Assembly (NCBI GenBank): GCA_963693365.1
Contig: CAVNZM010000015.1
Coordinates: 1,426,001-1,490,000, forward strand
Direction of reading: 5' to 3'
DNA from: Amoebidium appalachense
Taxonomy: Eukaryota; Protista; Ichthyosporea
DNA length: 64,000 bases
The notes under the pieces: generated by a model
Seen by the model: the letters and a program-made list of their open reading frames with translations, nothing else
What the model was told of the DNA's origin: nothing
Databases searched by the model: none
Translations under genes and position numbers: made by a program
In this document: piece by piece, positions 27,899-43,401 of the stretch
How the letters are laid out: each line of letters starts with the position of its first letter
Position numbering within the stretch: the stretch's first letter is position 1

Positions 27899-28239
27899 TG
27901 TGGTGTATGTGTGTGTGTGTGTGTGTATGTCGTTGTGCACGCGCGGTCGTTGTGCACTCGCGGACCTGTGGTCTGTGGGTGCACGTACTCAGGTCATTTC
28001 AAAGCCGATGTGGGGTAAACGGTGTAACCAAGTTGTGTATGCCCCAGTCCAATAAACATGCGTGTCCTGTTCTCCTGTAAACCTGCGCATACTGGGAGAC
28101 TGCAGAGCTGCATACTCATTAAACAAAGAAGCCATATCAAGTATTCATCAAGAAGAAGAAAAGGACACTTTTGTCAACTAAACGGACAAGTAAAAACTTT
28201 ACCCGAAAGAATTTTTGCGAGATTTGGCGGGCTAGATTA

Positions 28240-28300
28240 ACCAATCAGATAGCGTTTATCTACGTCAGTCAGCCAATAACCTGCTTTTCTAGTGACGTCA
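28240..28300 (+). promoter_or_regulatory. Probable promoter of the FAM193-like gene (two CCAAT boxes plus CRE)
   Basis: CCAATCA at 28241, AGCCAAT at 28271 and TGACGTCA at 28293-28300 in a microsatellite-free island. A donor-like A|gtaagg at ~28412 could start a long 5'UTR intron ending at cccag/cag 30809-30812. Confidence 0.5.
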
Positions 28301-29179
28301 TAGCATCATGCTGACGGATGCGCACAACCGTGAGGCTCCCTCGAATATGTCTTCAGCATGAATGATGTGAAGTATATTCGAATCTTTATATGTACAGTAC
28401 ATACAATTTCAGTAAGGAGTATCAGTGTTTTTTATTCGAAACCACACGGCTGTTGTGGGCAATTAATAATTATAAACAGTTTAAGACTCTAAGTTTATAA
28501 TCATGCAGAGTCATTCTAAAAATCAAGGCTTTAGACAGCATACCAGATCACGTAGGTATCTTATTTTTCCTCGTTCATGTACTGCTGTAGCTCAAGTCAA
28601 GATATTACAGAGGAACATGGGATCTTTTCACGTTTTGTCTTCCCACAAGCACCTATGGAAATAAAATATAGACAGTGGTCTGTTGATGAGGTACGCTAGC
28701 GCTGTTCATGTTTTTCACTTTTTTTTCCCTCTCCTACCTGGGCATAAGGAGTAGAAGGATAGAGCAGCAACACTTTAGGCTGTGTGGGATTTAAAACACA
28801 AGCAGCTATCTAAACAGAATGACTAGGTGAGGGGTTAGGTGCCGCTTTGTGCGTTTCTGTTAGGCTGAGGGAAAGGATGTAGACTTCTCTTTCAAGGGAA
28901 TGTTTTGTGTCCACAACAACTCAAGCATGCATAAGCACGATTTTCGCCATGACATGCACAGGCAAAATGAACTCACATGTTCGACCATTGCTCATAACAT
29001 GACTATGCCAGGCTTTGCCTAAGTTAGAGTTTCTTCTCATCCCCTTGGCTACCCCTAGCGCACTCGGCATGCATTCGTACATGTACTTGCAAACACGTAG
29101 TTGGGTCTCCCGTTCGCTGCTTTTGGTTTGGCAAACTGTTCAGATATTTTATTACCAATTTTTTTTGTTTAAAACCTGT

Positions 29180-30690
<1,511 letters not shown>

Positions 30691-30825
30691 ATACCCAGAC
30701 TGCCCTGCACAGATCTGAAACATCTTTCCCTCTGCTCTTTTATCCTCCGAATTATTTGGGTTGTAATCTGGTAGAGTCTCTCTCACACACATACCTCGCG
30801 CTTTCCCAGCAGTGTGCCTGATACA

Positions 30826-31754
30826 ATGCCAGGGCCCATGCTGCAGGAGGTGGTGCCAAACAGCGGCATTCCAAGGTGATAAATCCTGGCAATCCTGACA
30901 TTCCTGGCATTCCACAGATTTTTGGAACTTCTAGCAATAGCTGGGTCCTCGATGACTTTTCTGGCTCTACTAACTAAATTTGTGGAGCTCCATAGAGGCT
31001 CCCGCTCCCCCCCCCCCCCCCCCCCCCCCCGCACACACAAATTGGGGTGTGTCCGAGTGCGATACATAACTCCTTGATCTTGCTAGCATTGACACCTCCC
31101 CCCCCCCCCCCCCCCCCCCCCTCCTCCCGGTAAGGATGGGCTCTGCATATTATGCATACCCATTCATGTGTGGTTTGCACTCTGCATTGAGTTGTGTTTT
31201 GAATATGTACTCCTTAATCTATAATGAATTCCCCCTCCCCCCCCCCCCCCCCCCCCCCCGCGCGTCTCCCATTGTCGTTCTCATTCTCTTTTCCTGCCTG
31301 TGCAGTACATTGGCAGAAGCATCCAGAAAGATGCGCAACGGGAAGTGGGAGCTGACCGGAGTTTTTGCCATCGCTCAGCCTCCTACGGTAACATACCCCC
31401 CCCCCCCGAGCAAAACTTAAATGACGTCAAACACCACACCAATATACATACATTGGGGGGGGGGGGGGGGGGGGGGGAGAGGGAGTGCATTGTGTGCACA
31501 CACTTGACGCATGCACACGTGTGCATTATACGTGCATATAAGCACAGGCAGACAAACAGGCACATTCACATGGACTCGTGATACAGGCATGTGTGTGTGC
31601 ACGCGCATATGCACACACATCTACGTGCACACTCACACACACATACACACACACATGTGTATACTGCTAAGCACACGTGAAGGCATTGGAACTTGCACAA
31701 ACGTGCACACAAGCACGGACGCCACATGCATCCACCTACCGAAGTAAGCGCGCG

Positions 31755-31799
<45 letters not shown>

Positions 31800-32327
31800 A
31801 CACACATACACACACGTGCGCGCGTGCGCGCGCACACACGCACACACACACACAGCATGCACGCACACGCGGGCGTGCACGCACACACACACACACAGAC
31901 ACAACTGCCGTAGTGCGTGGCCTTTGTTTTATCTCTGTTCCACCCAACCCCGCCCGCACCTACCCTCATCCCGCCCAATACATATCTCTGGCTACGAACA
32001 CGATGATCGTACGCTTTCAAACTTTAATATGAAAATTGAAACCTCACTGAAAACTCATAATCGCGTGATCGCCACTCCCCCCTTGCCCTCTCATCGTCCC
32101 ATTTTCATTACTATCCATGCGTGTGTGTATCCATGGTCATGGTTTGTGTGCACGTACGTGTGTGCGTGTACGAGTGTGTGACGTGTGTGTGCCCCTGCGC
32201 TCCCACTGTGCGTGCTTGTGTCTCTTCGTGTGGGTGTTGGATTGGGTTTTTTTTCTTTTACTTATTGATTATTCGCATTCTTACTGTTTTTGTTTTGATT
32301 ATCATTATTTGGTAGCGGGGGGGGGAA

Positions 32328-32362
<35 letters not shown>

Positions 32363-33244
32363 GAGGGGGGGGGGGGGGGGGTGGCATGAGGTAGAGGTAC
32401 TTTCGTCCCTTGCTGCTTGTGTGCGAGGACACACATTTGCGATATTTGTCTATGTTCGTGTCACAAATATCTGTGTCTACGAGCTTCCCTGGGGCAAATT
32501 TGCTTTGTGTTGCGTGCGTGTGTGCGTGCGTGCGTTCGTGCGTCCGTGCGCGCGTGCGTGTGTGCATGCGTGGATGCGTGGGTGTGCATGTGTCCGTGCG
32601 CGCGTGTACGTGTGCATGTGCATGTGCCTGCTTGTGTATGTGTTTTGCATGGTTCCTTTTCCCGCACACCCCTCCAGCACAAACACACACATACCTCAGT
32701 ATGTACTGCTTGCACTTCCCATACTAAGTACACAAAAGCACCCGAAATTTGCCCCCCCCCCCCCCCCCCCCCTCCCTCCCCCGCCTTTTACCCCCCTCTT
32801 CTCTTGCCCCCCTCTTACCCCCTTTTGCCCCTGCTCCAGGGCGGAGATCTCGTAGCCATGGCCCAATCACCCATCTGCGTGGCATGCGGCGCCACGATGC
32901 AGGAATCTGATTGGGTGTCGAGGGATGTGCCCCCCCCTAGGCCCCGTGACCCCAACCACAAGTGTCTGCATTCGTGCTGCCCCCAGCAGAAGGTGTATAT
33001 ATGCTTGTGTGTGTGTGTGTGTGTGCGGAAGGTGGGGAGGGGGAGGGGGGAAGGGGAGGGGGGACGGGGTGTGGGTGTGTGGGGTTGGGGCTGGGGGTGG
33101 GTGTGGGCGTGTGTTGGTGTGGGTGTGGGTGTTCGTGTGCGTGTGCGTGTGCGCGCCTGCATGCATGCATGCTCGCGTGCGTGCGTGTGGGTGGGTGTGT
33201 GGGTTGGTGTGTGTGGGTGGGAGGGAGGGAGGATTTTATATCTT

Positions 33245-33286
<42 letters not shown>

Positions 33287-33786
33287 TTCCTCCCGGGGGC
33301 ACTGGCAGGCTGGGTCCTGCCTTGACAACTTTTTTTTTCCACTTCACTGTCAATCAAGGTGGTTGGGAGGGTGGGGGGAGGTGGTGGAGGGTTGAGAGGG
33401 GGAAGGGGGGCGGCTGCGGGCCGATGCACACACATCATCGCACAAGCCACACACACACAGGCGAATGTTTACGAACACGCCTGCACAAAGACACGTACAC
33501 ACACCCGGACATGTGCACGCAAGCACCTGCATACACAATCACTCGTGCACAAGCACCTGTCCACGCACATGTACACACATTGCACACACACACATCCGCA
33601 CGTGCGTGCACGGTCAGACGCGGATGGGCAGGCATAGGGAAAGCACACGAGCATTTGCACAGATGCACACGTGTGATACATGTGCGGGTGTACGTACAGG
33701 CGTGTGGGCATGCAGGCACACTCACACATGACACATGGGCTGTGTATAGGTATTACAGACAAGTACACAACACCCTATGAGTGTGC

Positions 33787-33818
<32 letters not shown>

Positions 33819-33826
33819 GCACACTT

Positions 33827-33872
<46 letters not shown>

Positions 33873-34993
33873 ATGCATGCGCGCACAGACGCACACACGG
33901 ACACATACAGTTTTACACATGCCCGAACAGACACACACGGGCAAGTACACGTGGACACACACGCACACACACGCGCACACTTGGGCTTTTGCAGGGGGTG
34001 AGTTCTGCTTATGACACATATTCTTTTGTGCATGAAATCTGATTGTGCTGTCCCGCGTGCGTGTATACACATCTTAACCCTTGCTGGGGTGCCCATGCAT
34101 ATATCTGTTCTGCTTCTGCATTCCATTTCTGTGCAGTTTTTTTTTAAATTATTATTATTATTTTTTCGGGGGGGGGGGGGGGGGGGGGAGGGGGGCAGCC
34201 ACTAACGCCATTCCCTCGTTCCAATCACAGCTGGAAATCTACGAGGATATGTTCCTCACCCAAATCGCGTCCATCACGTGCACAAAGTGCCGCGAGAAAA
34301 TTCGGTCCGAAATTATCCCCATAGCACCCCCCGGGGCGGCCAAGAACCCCGCCCATAAACCCCCTCCCCAAGTTCCTGAGCTGCCGAACGAGCAACCGCC
34401 TATTGCACATTCCGCGAACTCCTCCGCGAATTCCGACGGCGGTAAGATTGACCAATCGCAAGCCGCCGGGGACACGTGCCGGTGCCAGTGCTGTGTTCGT
34501 TTGCGCAATCTCCAAATGCGATTGGAGGAGATTTGCGGCGAACCCCCGCGAGAGCGTGTAAATTGGTTTGGAAACCCCCCAGATCTGGGGTTTCCGCAGC
34601 CCATGTTACCCCCCACCGCCACGGCTACAATTTCGTGCAGTTGCGGGAGACCCCACCCATACCAGGAGCGAATTTTGAGCGACCCAAATTTCAACCCGGC
34701 CACTTTTGATTTTTCGCTGCTCCCCCCCTGCGGCATGTGTCATGTTCCTCTGGGGGTTCATGCAAATTGGGTCGAAGAGGGCGGAAATTCTGCAGGGAAG
34801 AATGGCTCTTCTAGTTCTGGTAAGTATGCCCCCCCCCCCCCCCCCCCCCCCCTCTTCCCCAAACACACACACACTTCCCCCGCCCCGGGATGATGCATAC
34901 TCGTGTATTTTTGATTTTGCACATCTATCTGCTTTCGTGTTTTTCCGTCGTGTCCCCCTAATTTAGGCAATAAAGGTGGTTGTATTTCCTCCC

Positions 34994-35029
<36 letters not shown>

Positions 35030-36643
35030 CCTTTCCCCCCCAACTACCCCCCCTCCCCCTCCCCCCCTGCACGCTTCAATTATTTTGATTTTGGACTTCC
35101 CACTTTTGTGACGTTTTGTAGATGCTCGTTGTCTCCTCCATATTGAGAACCCTCTAACGCATACATCCCCCCCCCCCCCCCCCCCCCCCCCCCGAACTTC
35201 TGAGTACCTGCCCCTTTCAATGGCTTCGAGTTTGTCATGTGAAAGCAGTGCCCCCTCCCCCCCCCCCCTCCCCCCCCCCCCCCCCCCCCGTGCAACCAAC
35301 CAATTAAAACGCCCCCCCCCTTGCATACTTGAATGTTTGCCTTTGCATGTGTCCTGCACCATGCTTCTCGTCGTGTATGCGTACTTCGTACCGTGTTCCG
35401 CATTCAAACCCCCCTCCCCCCCTCCCACACACACACACGTACACATGCACATATACGCACGTGAACATACACTCACACACATGCACAGGCACGGTCGCGC
35501 ACACGACACATGCGTACACATGCGTGCACACAAACACATTATCCCCACACATGCACACACAACACACGTGCGCACACATGAACACATATGCACACACACA
35601 CTCACACACACATGCACACGCACACTTCAAGTATACAAAAAGATGCAGGCTGACACTTTTAGTACACAGACACACACAAGCACGTGCATACAGATACACG
35701 CACACACACACGACCGCATACGCACAACATGCACGCATGCCCACACACACACACATGCGAGCGCACACAGGCACATGCACACACACAGACACACGCGCGT
35801 GCGAGCATCAAACTTGTGCACACAGATACTAATGCACAGACACACGCACACTGGAAGCACATTCACACACATGCGCATACGCACGCACACACATCCACCC
35901 ATCCACACACACCACATATGCGCACCCACATGTTCACACATACACACACACCTTCATAAGCATGCATACACACACCCACACTTGATACACCCACGGAATG
36001 CACGAACAACCTTGAGCAACAGTGTCGCACAAATTTAGAGGCACCCGAACGAATATTTCTCGGCATGCATCACCCACCGAAACGAATACACACACGCACA
36101 CATATGCGGAAACACACATGCACACACATGCATTCACAAGAGATGGGCACAAGTGCGCCCGTGCATGCACATACGCACTCACACACGCACACATACGCAC
36201 AGTCACATCTGATGTTGAGACTGAAATGCATGCCCGTTACACCCATTTTAGTCAACTTCCCTTTTGCACTCTTTTCCTATTTTTTCTTTTTCCTTTTCTT
36301 TTTCTTTTTCTTCATTTTCCCCAACTCTCTCACCTCACCGTTCCTTCTACCCTCTCTCTCATCATCAGGAGCAACCCATCCTGCCCCCAATCCCAATTAC
36401 GGCCGCCCGAGTGCAAGTTCAGCCAACGGGGGGCCTCGTCCGCCCTCAACGGCCGGAGTTTCGGCTGGTGCAAGCCTGACGGCAGGGGGCACCTTTGGTG
36501 GGTATGGGGGGGCTCAGGGAGGGCCGGCCGGAAATGGGTGTGTGCCCCGTCCTGTGGCTGTGACAGATCAGTTGGCTGCTGGTACCAGTGCCCAGGTTTG
36601 TGATTTCGTCCATAAAAAATCCCCCCCTCCTCCCCCCTCCCCT

Positions 36644-36674
<31 letters not shown>

Positions 36675-36754
36675 TCCCCCTCCTTCCCATGGGCTTTTAC
36701 CCCTTACATCCCTCCCCCCTCCCCCCTCCCCCCCCCTTTCCCTGCTTACCCCCC

Positions 36755-36793
<39 letters not shown>

Positions 36794-37471
36794 TTTTTGC
36801 CGCTTTAAATTTGACTCGATTACCAAAAGGCGGGACTGGCCTATGTGGAACCGAAGACCACTCTGCGTGTGTGTGTGTGTGGGGTGGGAGGTGGGTGGGT
36901 GGGTGGGGGTGGGGGGTGGGTGGGTGCCAATGTTCTTTTCTATGTAAGATTGTGGCGTGGGTGGGGGGGGTTGATTCATTCCGTCCCCCCCCCCCCCCCC
37001 CCCCCCCCTCCCCCTTTTTTTTCTCCTTTAGCTTTTATCATAAACATGGTGTGTGCCTTGCAAAACATGCATTTTGTTTTCCGTCGTGAATCTGTCCTTG
37101 TACTCTGCATCACATATCCCCCTTCCCCCCCCCCCCCCAACACACACACACACACACACACACAACCCCCGCCCTCTCGCACTCCCTTTTTAACATTTTT
37201 TAACCCTCCAATCAGCAGGGGCCGTCAACTAGGGCACCCACCAGACTTCCCCCAACTGGTGCCTCCTCCGGGGCCAGTGTTGCACCGCCCCCTGCTCAAG
37301 GGGGGCGTTCTGCCCCCAGCCAATCAGCAGCAACCCCCATGGCGGGGTATGACGTTAATCAGACCCCCCTTCCACCCCAAAATTCGACAGCCCCTCCTCC
37401 GGCCCCTGCGCAGAGGAGGTGCCAGTGCAACGAATGTCTGGGGAAGGCGAATGTATGTTATGAACCCATCT

Positions 37472-37507
<36 letters not shown>

Positions 37508-37797
37508 CTCCCTGTCTGTTGCCTGCTCGGATGAGTAATCCTGCTCGTCTCTGACCAAGGCGGATGCCTCACCCGTGTTCAAATGTAGTTGTGTCTGAGC
37601 TGGGTTTCATTGAGGCGGTGAATGGATGGAAACTTGGGTACTGTGGATGACGTCCCCCCCCGCCCCCCCCCCTGAGGATGGGCTCTGCCTATTATGCACC
37701 TCTTTATGTGTGGTTTGCACCCTGTGTCTTGTTGTTCGTTGTGAGTGTGTACTTCGTGCTCTATGGCGCATTTAATTCTCTCTGCTCACTCCACCCC

Positions 37798-37838
<41 letters not shown>

Positions 37839-39079
37839 ACGAATCTGTACTTCGTACTCTACAAGTCTACCCCCCCCCCCCCCCAACCCCAACCCTCACC
37901 CTTCATCCCCCACCCCTCCTCTCCCCCCTCCCTTTCACAAATGTATACTTTTCACTCTACTAACACATTCTAACCTCCCCCCCCCCCCCCCCCCCCCCCC
38001 CCTCCCCCCACACATACACCCCCCCCCCCCCCCCCCCCCCCCCCCTCCCAACACACACACAGGGAGACGATGAATCCTACGACGAGGAAGAATACAGTGA
38101 CGAAGTCTCGGAAGACGAAGAGGGGGACGAATGTTACGGCCCAAAGGGACAACCCTGCGCCAATCACAACCACACACACGGGTGCCCACAGACCCCCGCC
38201 CCCCGGCCAAACCACGACCCGAACATAACACGGAACAAACTTCGGCAGCTTTTGAAGATGAAAAAGGAGCAAAAGGAGAAGGAAATGATGATGCAAGGGC
38301 AGGGGGATTCAACAAGGCGCGGGAGCGGTGAAAGGTTGCAGGCAGGGGGTTCCAATGGGGGTAAGGCGGGGTTCCAAGTCGCCGCAAAAGTCGACGATCT
38401 ACTCATGTACATTGAGGGGCAGAAGTCGAAGCCCTTGGCCAATCCGCAAGCGGAAGCAGACGCCAAATCGAGTAAGGCTGCAAAAAGGGCGAGAAAGAGA
38501 GAGCAGCAGGCGAAAAAGGGGCCCGATTCTCCATTGGACACTCCCTCATCCCAACACGAATTTCCCCCGAGCACCCCCGCGGACGCCGGGGCCGGGGCTG
38601 GGCGTGCGCAGCCAAAGGGGGGGTTTTTGGCGCAGGCGCAAGCAGAAATTGTGAACGGGTTGGAGGGGATGCAAAAGCAGGTGAAGGGGTCCAAGAAACC
38701 GGCCCCTGCGGCGGTCGAAATATCGACGAAAACTAAGAGCGGCGCCCCCCAAAAGAAAATATCCGAAGAGCAGCCGGAAAAGATGAAGTCCCCTTCCGTC
38801 ATGAACGGGACCAAGAGTGGAAAGGGTTCGTCTGCCAAGGGGGAACTCATGTCCGTTTCCAGCCTGAAAGGGGGTTCCAATGTCAAAATTTCGACTAGTT
38901 TCGAGGACATTTTCGCGCCTCGAGAGAGCCTAGATGGGGTCGATGAGCACGATCGGGAGGTGGAGGAATTTAAGAGATTTGTGTCTGCGGCGATACCGGC
39001 AGACCGAAAGGAAAGGGTTAAGGTGAACGTAAACCTTAACATGCTGGGCATTAAGGCAAAGCACCGCCCGCGTGTCTGA
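30826..39079 (+). CDS. FAM193: FAM193 family protein, 7 coding exons, ~783 aa
   Basis: Exons 30826-30875, 31306-31387, 32840-32992, 34231-34819, 36369-36595, 37219(or 37216)-37452, 38063-39079, GT-AG and phase-consistent. C-terminus [28 protein letters not shown] matches the FAM193 C-terminal motif (DDVFLPK...EREVEYFKRFC in animals); also [26 protein letters not shown] and a CQCNEC motif. The first two exons are less certain. Confidence 0.8.
31131..31232 (+). repeat. Dispersed structured element, 3' part (GGATGGGCTCTGC + tail A)
   Basis: Aligns by eye to 37672-37790, 48178-48283 and the minus-strand copy 54538-54432. Confidence 0.7.
35068..35410 (+). repeat. Dispersed element tails C (35068-35168) and B (35321-35410)
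   Basis: 35068-35168 matches minus-strand 59140-59037; 35321-35410 is nearly identical to minus-strand 54000-53915. Confidence 0.8.
37518..37790 (+). repeat. Dispersed structured element, full head + tail A
   Basis: cctgctcgtctctgaccaaggcgg...gtctgagct...gaaacttgggtactgtggatgacg...ctgaggatgggctctgcc; homologous to 48036-48283. Confidence 0.85.
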
Positions 39080-39838
39080 TTAGATTGCGATTGCGGTTTG
39101 ATTTGCCTTATAAGGCTATATGCGAGATGGGGAGATTTGGTGGAGAGATTTCCAGAGGTGTTATGCTGTGTGTATGTTGTGGTTGTGTTCACATGGATGT
39201 GGGGTGGGGGGGAGGGGGGGGCGGGGAGGGTGTTTGTGTTGGAGGAGAGGGGGGGGGGGGGTGTGGGGGGGGAGGGGGGAGGGGGGGGGGGGTAGATGTG
39301 TGTACACATTTGTAGGCGTTAGGAGGCTGGAGTACAGGCACATGCACGTGCACACGCACCACACACAGAAACTATCACGCACATGTAGGTGTAGATTGAA
39401 TACATCTCGAGGCAAAGTGCTATGATTCAAAACAAAAGCTTTATAGCAGTCAGGTTTGATTGGCGTGGACGTGTGTGTGTTTGTTATTTACCACCACAAA
39501 GCGTGTATCAGATATGAAGGAAGATATTGGTGATGTTTTGAAAATTTTGGATATATTTCCTGGAATGTTTCTGGATAATGTGCCGATCACCGAGCTCCCC
39601 TGGGCCTTTGGCTTTTCCTTGCCCTTCAGTATATCCCTTTTCCCATTTAGGTTTGCTTTGAGTCCCCGTGAGCGCCAGCCTAATATCTTTTGCATGGGTT
39701 TTCCTCCCCATTTTCACACTATCCAACTCGAGAAAGGCTGATTTACTTATTATGGACGTTACCAGTGCATAGTGTGTATGGATCAGTTCTGTAGAGCTGC
39801 GTATGACAAAAGTAAAGAAGACATACATGGATTCCCCA

Positions 39839-39875
<37 letters not shown>

Positions 39876-39927
39876 GGCGGCCGCCGCCTCCCAACACACA
39901 CCAACACAAGCACACACGCATACAAAC

Positions 39928-39991
39928 CAAGGCCTCCTAAATAGCACACCTGCTATTTATGATTTAGGAGGCCTTGTATTTAGGAGGCCTT
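39928..39991. repeat. Small inverted repeat, possible MITE-like remnant
   Basis: caaggcctcctaaat followed by two copies of its reverse complement atttaggaggccttg. Confidence 0.6.
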
Positions 39992-40919
39992 GATACAAAC
40001 ACACCTGTGGCACACACACACACACGCATACAAACACACGTGCACCTACACACACAAACACACACGTGCACACGTGTGCACGTACACACAAACACACACT
40101 TTGCAAATTGTAACACGTGTATACCGTGACGTAATTATCTTCCTGGGCACATTGTGCAAACACAAACACACGCACAAACACACGCATGCACGCACAGCTA
40201 GGACACGCACGTGCACGCACACGTACTCAACATACACACACACATGCACGGACGCACGCACACACATACACACGCACTCAAGCACACACGCACACAGACA
40301 TACACACACGCACAAACACACACACATGCAAAGGCACACACACTCACGTACACAGACACGTACACGCGCACGTGCATGCGCGCGCGCACACGCACGCACG
40401 GTTCACGCACATTGTACACCGAAAGATCGTGGAATGTCGATGGAATGCATCTAGGAATGCCGTGTACCCAATAATGCCCGCCATCGATTGGGGAAAGTTT
40501 TAACCCGTGGAATTTCTAGAAGCTGACAAATCATATAAGGCTAAAATGATGAGTTACTGATTGGCCTACTTCACAGACCATCCAGGTACTGCCGGAATGG
40601 CGGTTGCGCTAAATTGCGCACTACAAAAAGCAGTTGGCCCACTTCAAGACTCTTGCAAGACTCTACTCGGCGTCCTTCTAGCAGTAAAAAGTGACACGGC
40701 GACTGATGACCCTCAGATTAGCCAAAGAATAGCTAATTTGCCACGACCATTATCAGAAATACACAGGAATACCACAGTATATACATGCATTGGGCAAGAA
40801 GAGAGCTAATATTAGTCATCACTCACCAATCATTTACTTGTGTCCCCTGCCGTTATCTCTGTGCACATCTCCACTCACGCAATGCTATAGGCTGTGACAG
40901 GCCAAAATACACGTTGAAG

Positions 40920-41990
40920 ATGAAGCAGGGACTCTTGTGTTCCTGTGTACTCTCATGCCTCTGGCACCTTTCGGGCACGCACGCACACGCGCACGCACGC
41001 GACATTGGCACCTTCCCCACACCCACTACCTTCTTCTGCTCATTTCGGGATTTCGACACTACATGCTCACGGTTAGATCTCGCCCATTGCCAGCAGATAT
41101 ACAGAGCTGGTTGTAGCATGTTGAGTGGCGATCTGGAGAGATTCCCCTCCATTCCCTACAGTATCGGAGTGGATGCGCAAGGGATGGTGGCTAATGTTAC
41201 TGTGCATCGCGATAAGGCTTGTAGGGATGAGCCGCGGATGACTCTGGAGAAAAACGATGCAGGGACGGGATACGAATGCATGTCACCAGTGGGTTACCAT
41301 AGCATTTCGGTGTTTCTCTCACTGGTAGGTGTAAGCATGTGCCTGTGCGTGTGTTCCTGTGTACGTGGTCATGTGTGTGCATGGGCATGTGGTGTGCTTA
41401 CTTGTGCACGCATACGCATGAGCGCTGGCCATGTACCGTAGTGTACGCGTGTACGTCTGTTTGCGTGAATGCATTAACAGTATGTGTTTGCTGGTATGAC
41501 TGTACATGATATCGTGTGCATGGGTGTGCTTACCGGTCTACTTGCTGAACGTGTGTTCTTTCCGTTTACTGATGCATTTCGTTGCTCTGTTGGCGTCGGC
41601 ACGTGGTTGTGCATTTCCATGGGTATCCATGCTCAGGCCTTCACGGTGGGCACCCCTGTTTGCATAGCGTTCACCAAATGTGCATGTGCACTTCAGCTTT
41701 TCAGCCGTGTGGTTTTCATCTTTTTTGCCGGTTGTTTTTTGACATTTTACTCCCCTTTCAGCCGTTTTTTCTTTCCCCTTTCTTCAAGAATTCTGATTTT
41801 TCGTTGCAATCAGGATCCCACTCTTTGCTTTTGTCTAGTGGCTAGGGGAAGATGCACATGCGAGGAGTGGGGAGGGCGGACGGGGTGGTGGTGTGTGTGT
41901 GCGGGTTAACAAAACTGGCATTGTTGGGAATGCAATACTTGTGGAGGCATTTTGAAAAATTGAAGAAGGGAAAGGAGGGGTTGGGCTGGT

Positions 41991-42028
<38 letters not shown>

Positions 42029-42063
42029 TGGTGGTGGTGGTGGGGTATGTGGGAGGGGAGAGG

Positions 42064-42097
<34 letters not shown>

Positions 42098-42433
42098 AGG
42101 CACGTTTAACACTTCCGAGTTCCTCACTTGAACTGAAAACAATATAAGGGACGAAAGGTGGGAACATGGCATCCGAACAGCCCCCCCTCCCCCCCCCCCC
42201 CCCCCCTCTCGGGAGCCCCCACCAAAACTCAGTCACACATACACACACACGAGCACACACACATATGCACACAAGAAAACACACACGTGACGAGCGCGCA
42301 CACACACACACGCACACACATGCACGCACACATGCACGCACCAACCCCCCCCGCCCCCCCCCCCCCCGAAAAAAAGGAAAGAAAGAAAGACAACACACAC
42401 CCACACACCCACCCACCCACCCACCCACCCACC

Positions 42434-42472
<39 letters not shown>

Positions 42473-42796
42473 ACACACAATATCTCACTCCCTCTTGTTT
42501 TTCTGCAGGTTGTGAGTGACACCAATCCGGGGGGTGTTACGGACGAGCAGATATTCAACCCAATTCCGACCACCTATACTGCCACCCCGGCCACCATGAT
42601 GCCTTCTATCATAGATATGGCCGGTATTACAAGTGCCGAGCCCATGACTATGGACATAAGCGCTGACGTGTCTGTGCACATGTCGACCGCGGGGCCTACA
42701 CAGTCGGTAGGGTTGTTTGCGTGCTTTTTTATTATTTTTTATTTTTTTCCTCCCCAAATTTTTGGTGTCTTTTCGTTCTTTCTTTCTTTCTTCACT

Positions 42797-42857
<61 letters not shown>

Positions 42858-43401
42858 TTTTGTTTTTAAGGGAAGTGGGGGGGGGAGGGGGGGGGGGGGG
42901 GGGGTAAGGAGGATCCGGCGGAAGAGTGGGGGCTGGGAAGAATTTGTAGTCTCACTATGACTTTATGGTGTGGAGGGGTGCGTGTTGAGGGGGAGAGAGG
43001 GAGTAGGTGAGTGGGTAGGTGGGTGGGGGTGGGGTGGGGTGGGGGTGGGGGGAGGGGGGGGGGGGGGAGGGGGGGAGAGGAGGGGGAGGGGAGGGGGGGC
43101 TCCAAGCCAAAATCTCCTCAGAAGGCAGGAGGTGAATGTATAAGTTGGTTGAGTGGTGACGTGTATGTTCATGTGTTTGCAGGATGATACAACGACTTGC
43201 AGAATTTAAAAAAGCGGCAGCTTCTAGAATTCAAATTTTAAAGCTTTAACCATTTGTTGTGATTGGGTGCAGATCACGCCAACGCCAACAACACAGACGG
43301 CCACACCGGCGCCAACAGGCACGACCAGTGAGGCAGAACCAACAAATGCACCTTTTTTAATGATTGCTGCTCTGGGCGCTGTGATTCTCGCACTTTTTTA
43401 A
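40920..43401 (+). CDS. Putative GPI-anchored surface protein (signal peptide, Cys-containing domain, Thr/Pro-rich stalk), ~243 aa
   Basis: Exons 40920-41324, 42509-42706, 43273-43401 (GT-AG, phase 0). N-terminus MKQGLLCSCVLSCLWHLSGTHA; mucin-like stalk; C-terminus TSEAEPTNAPFLMIAALGAVILALF* with no cytosolic tail. Confidence 0.75.

Noticed and set aside
38164-39309. 381-aa minus-strand ORF
   Set aside because: Antisense shadow of the large FAM193 last exon, extended by poly-C sequence.
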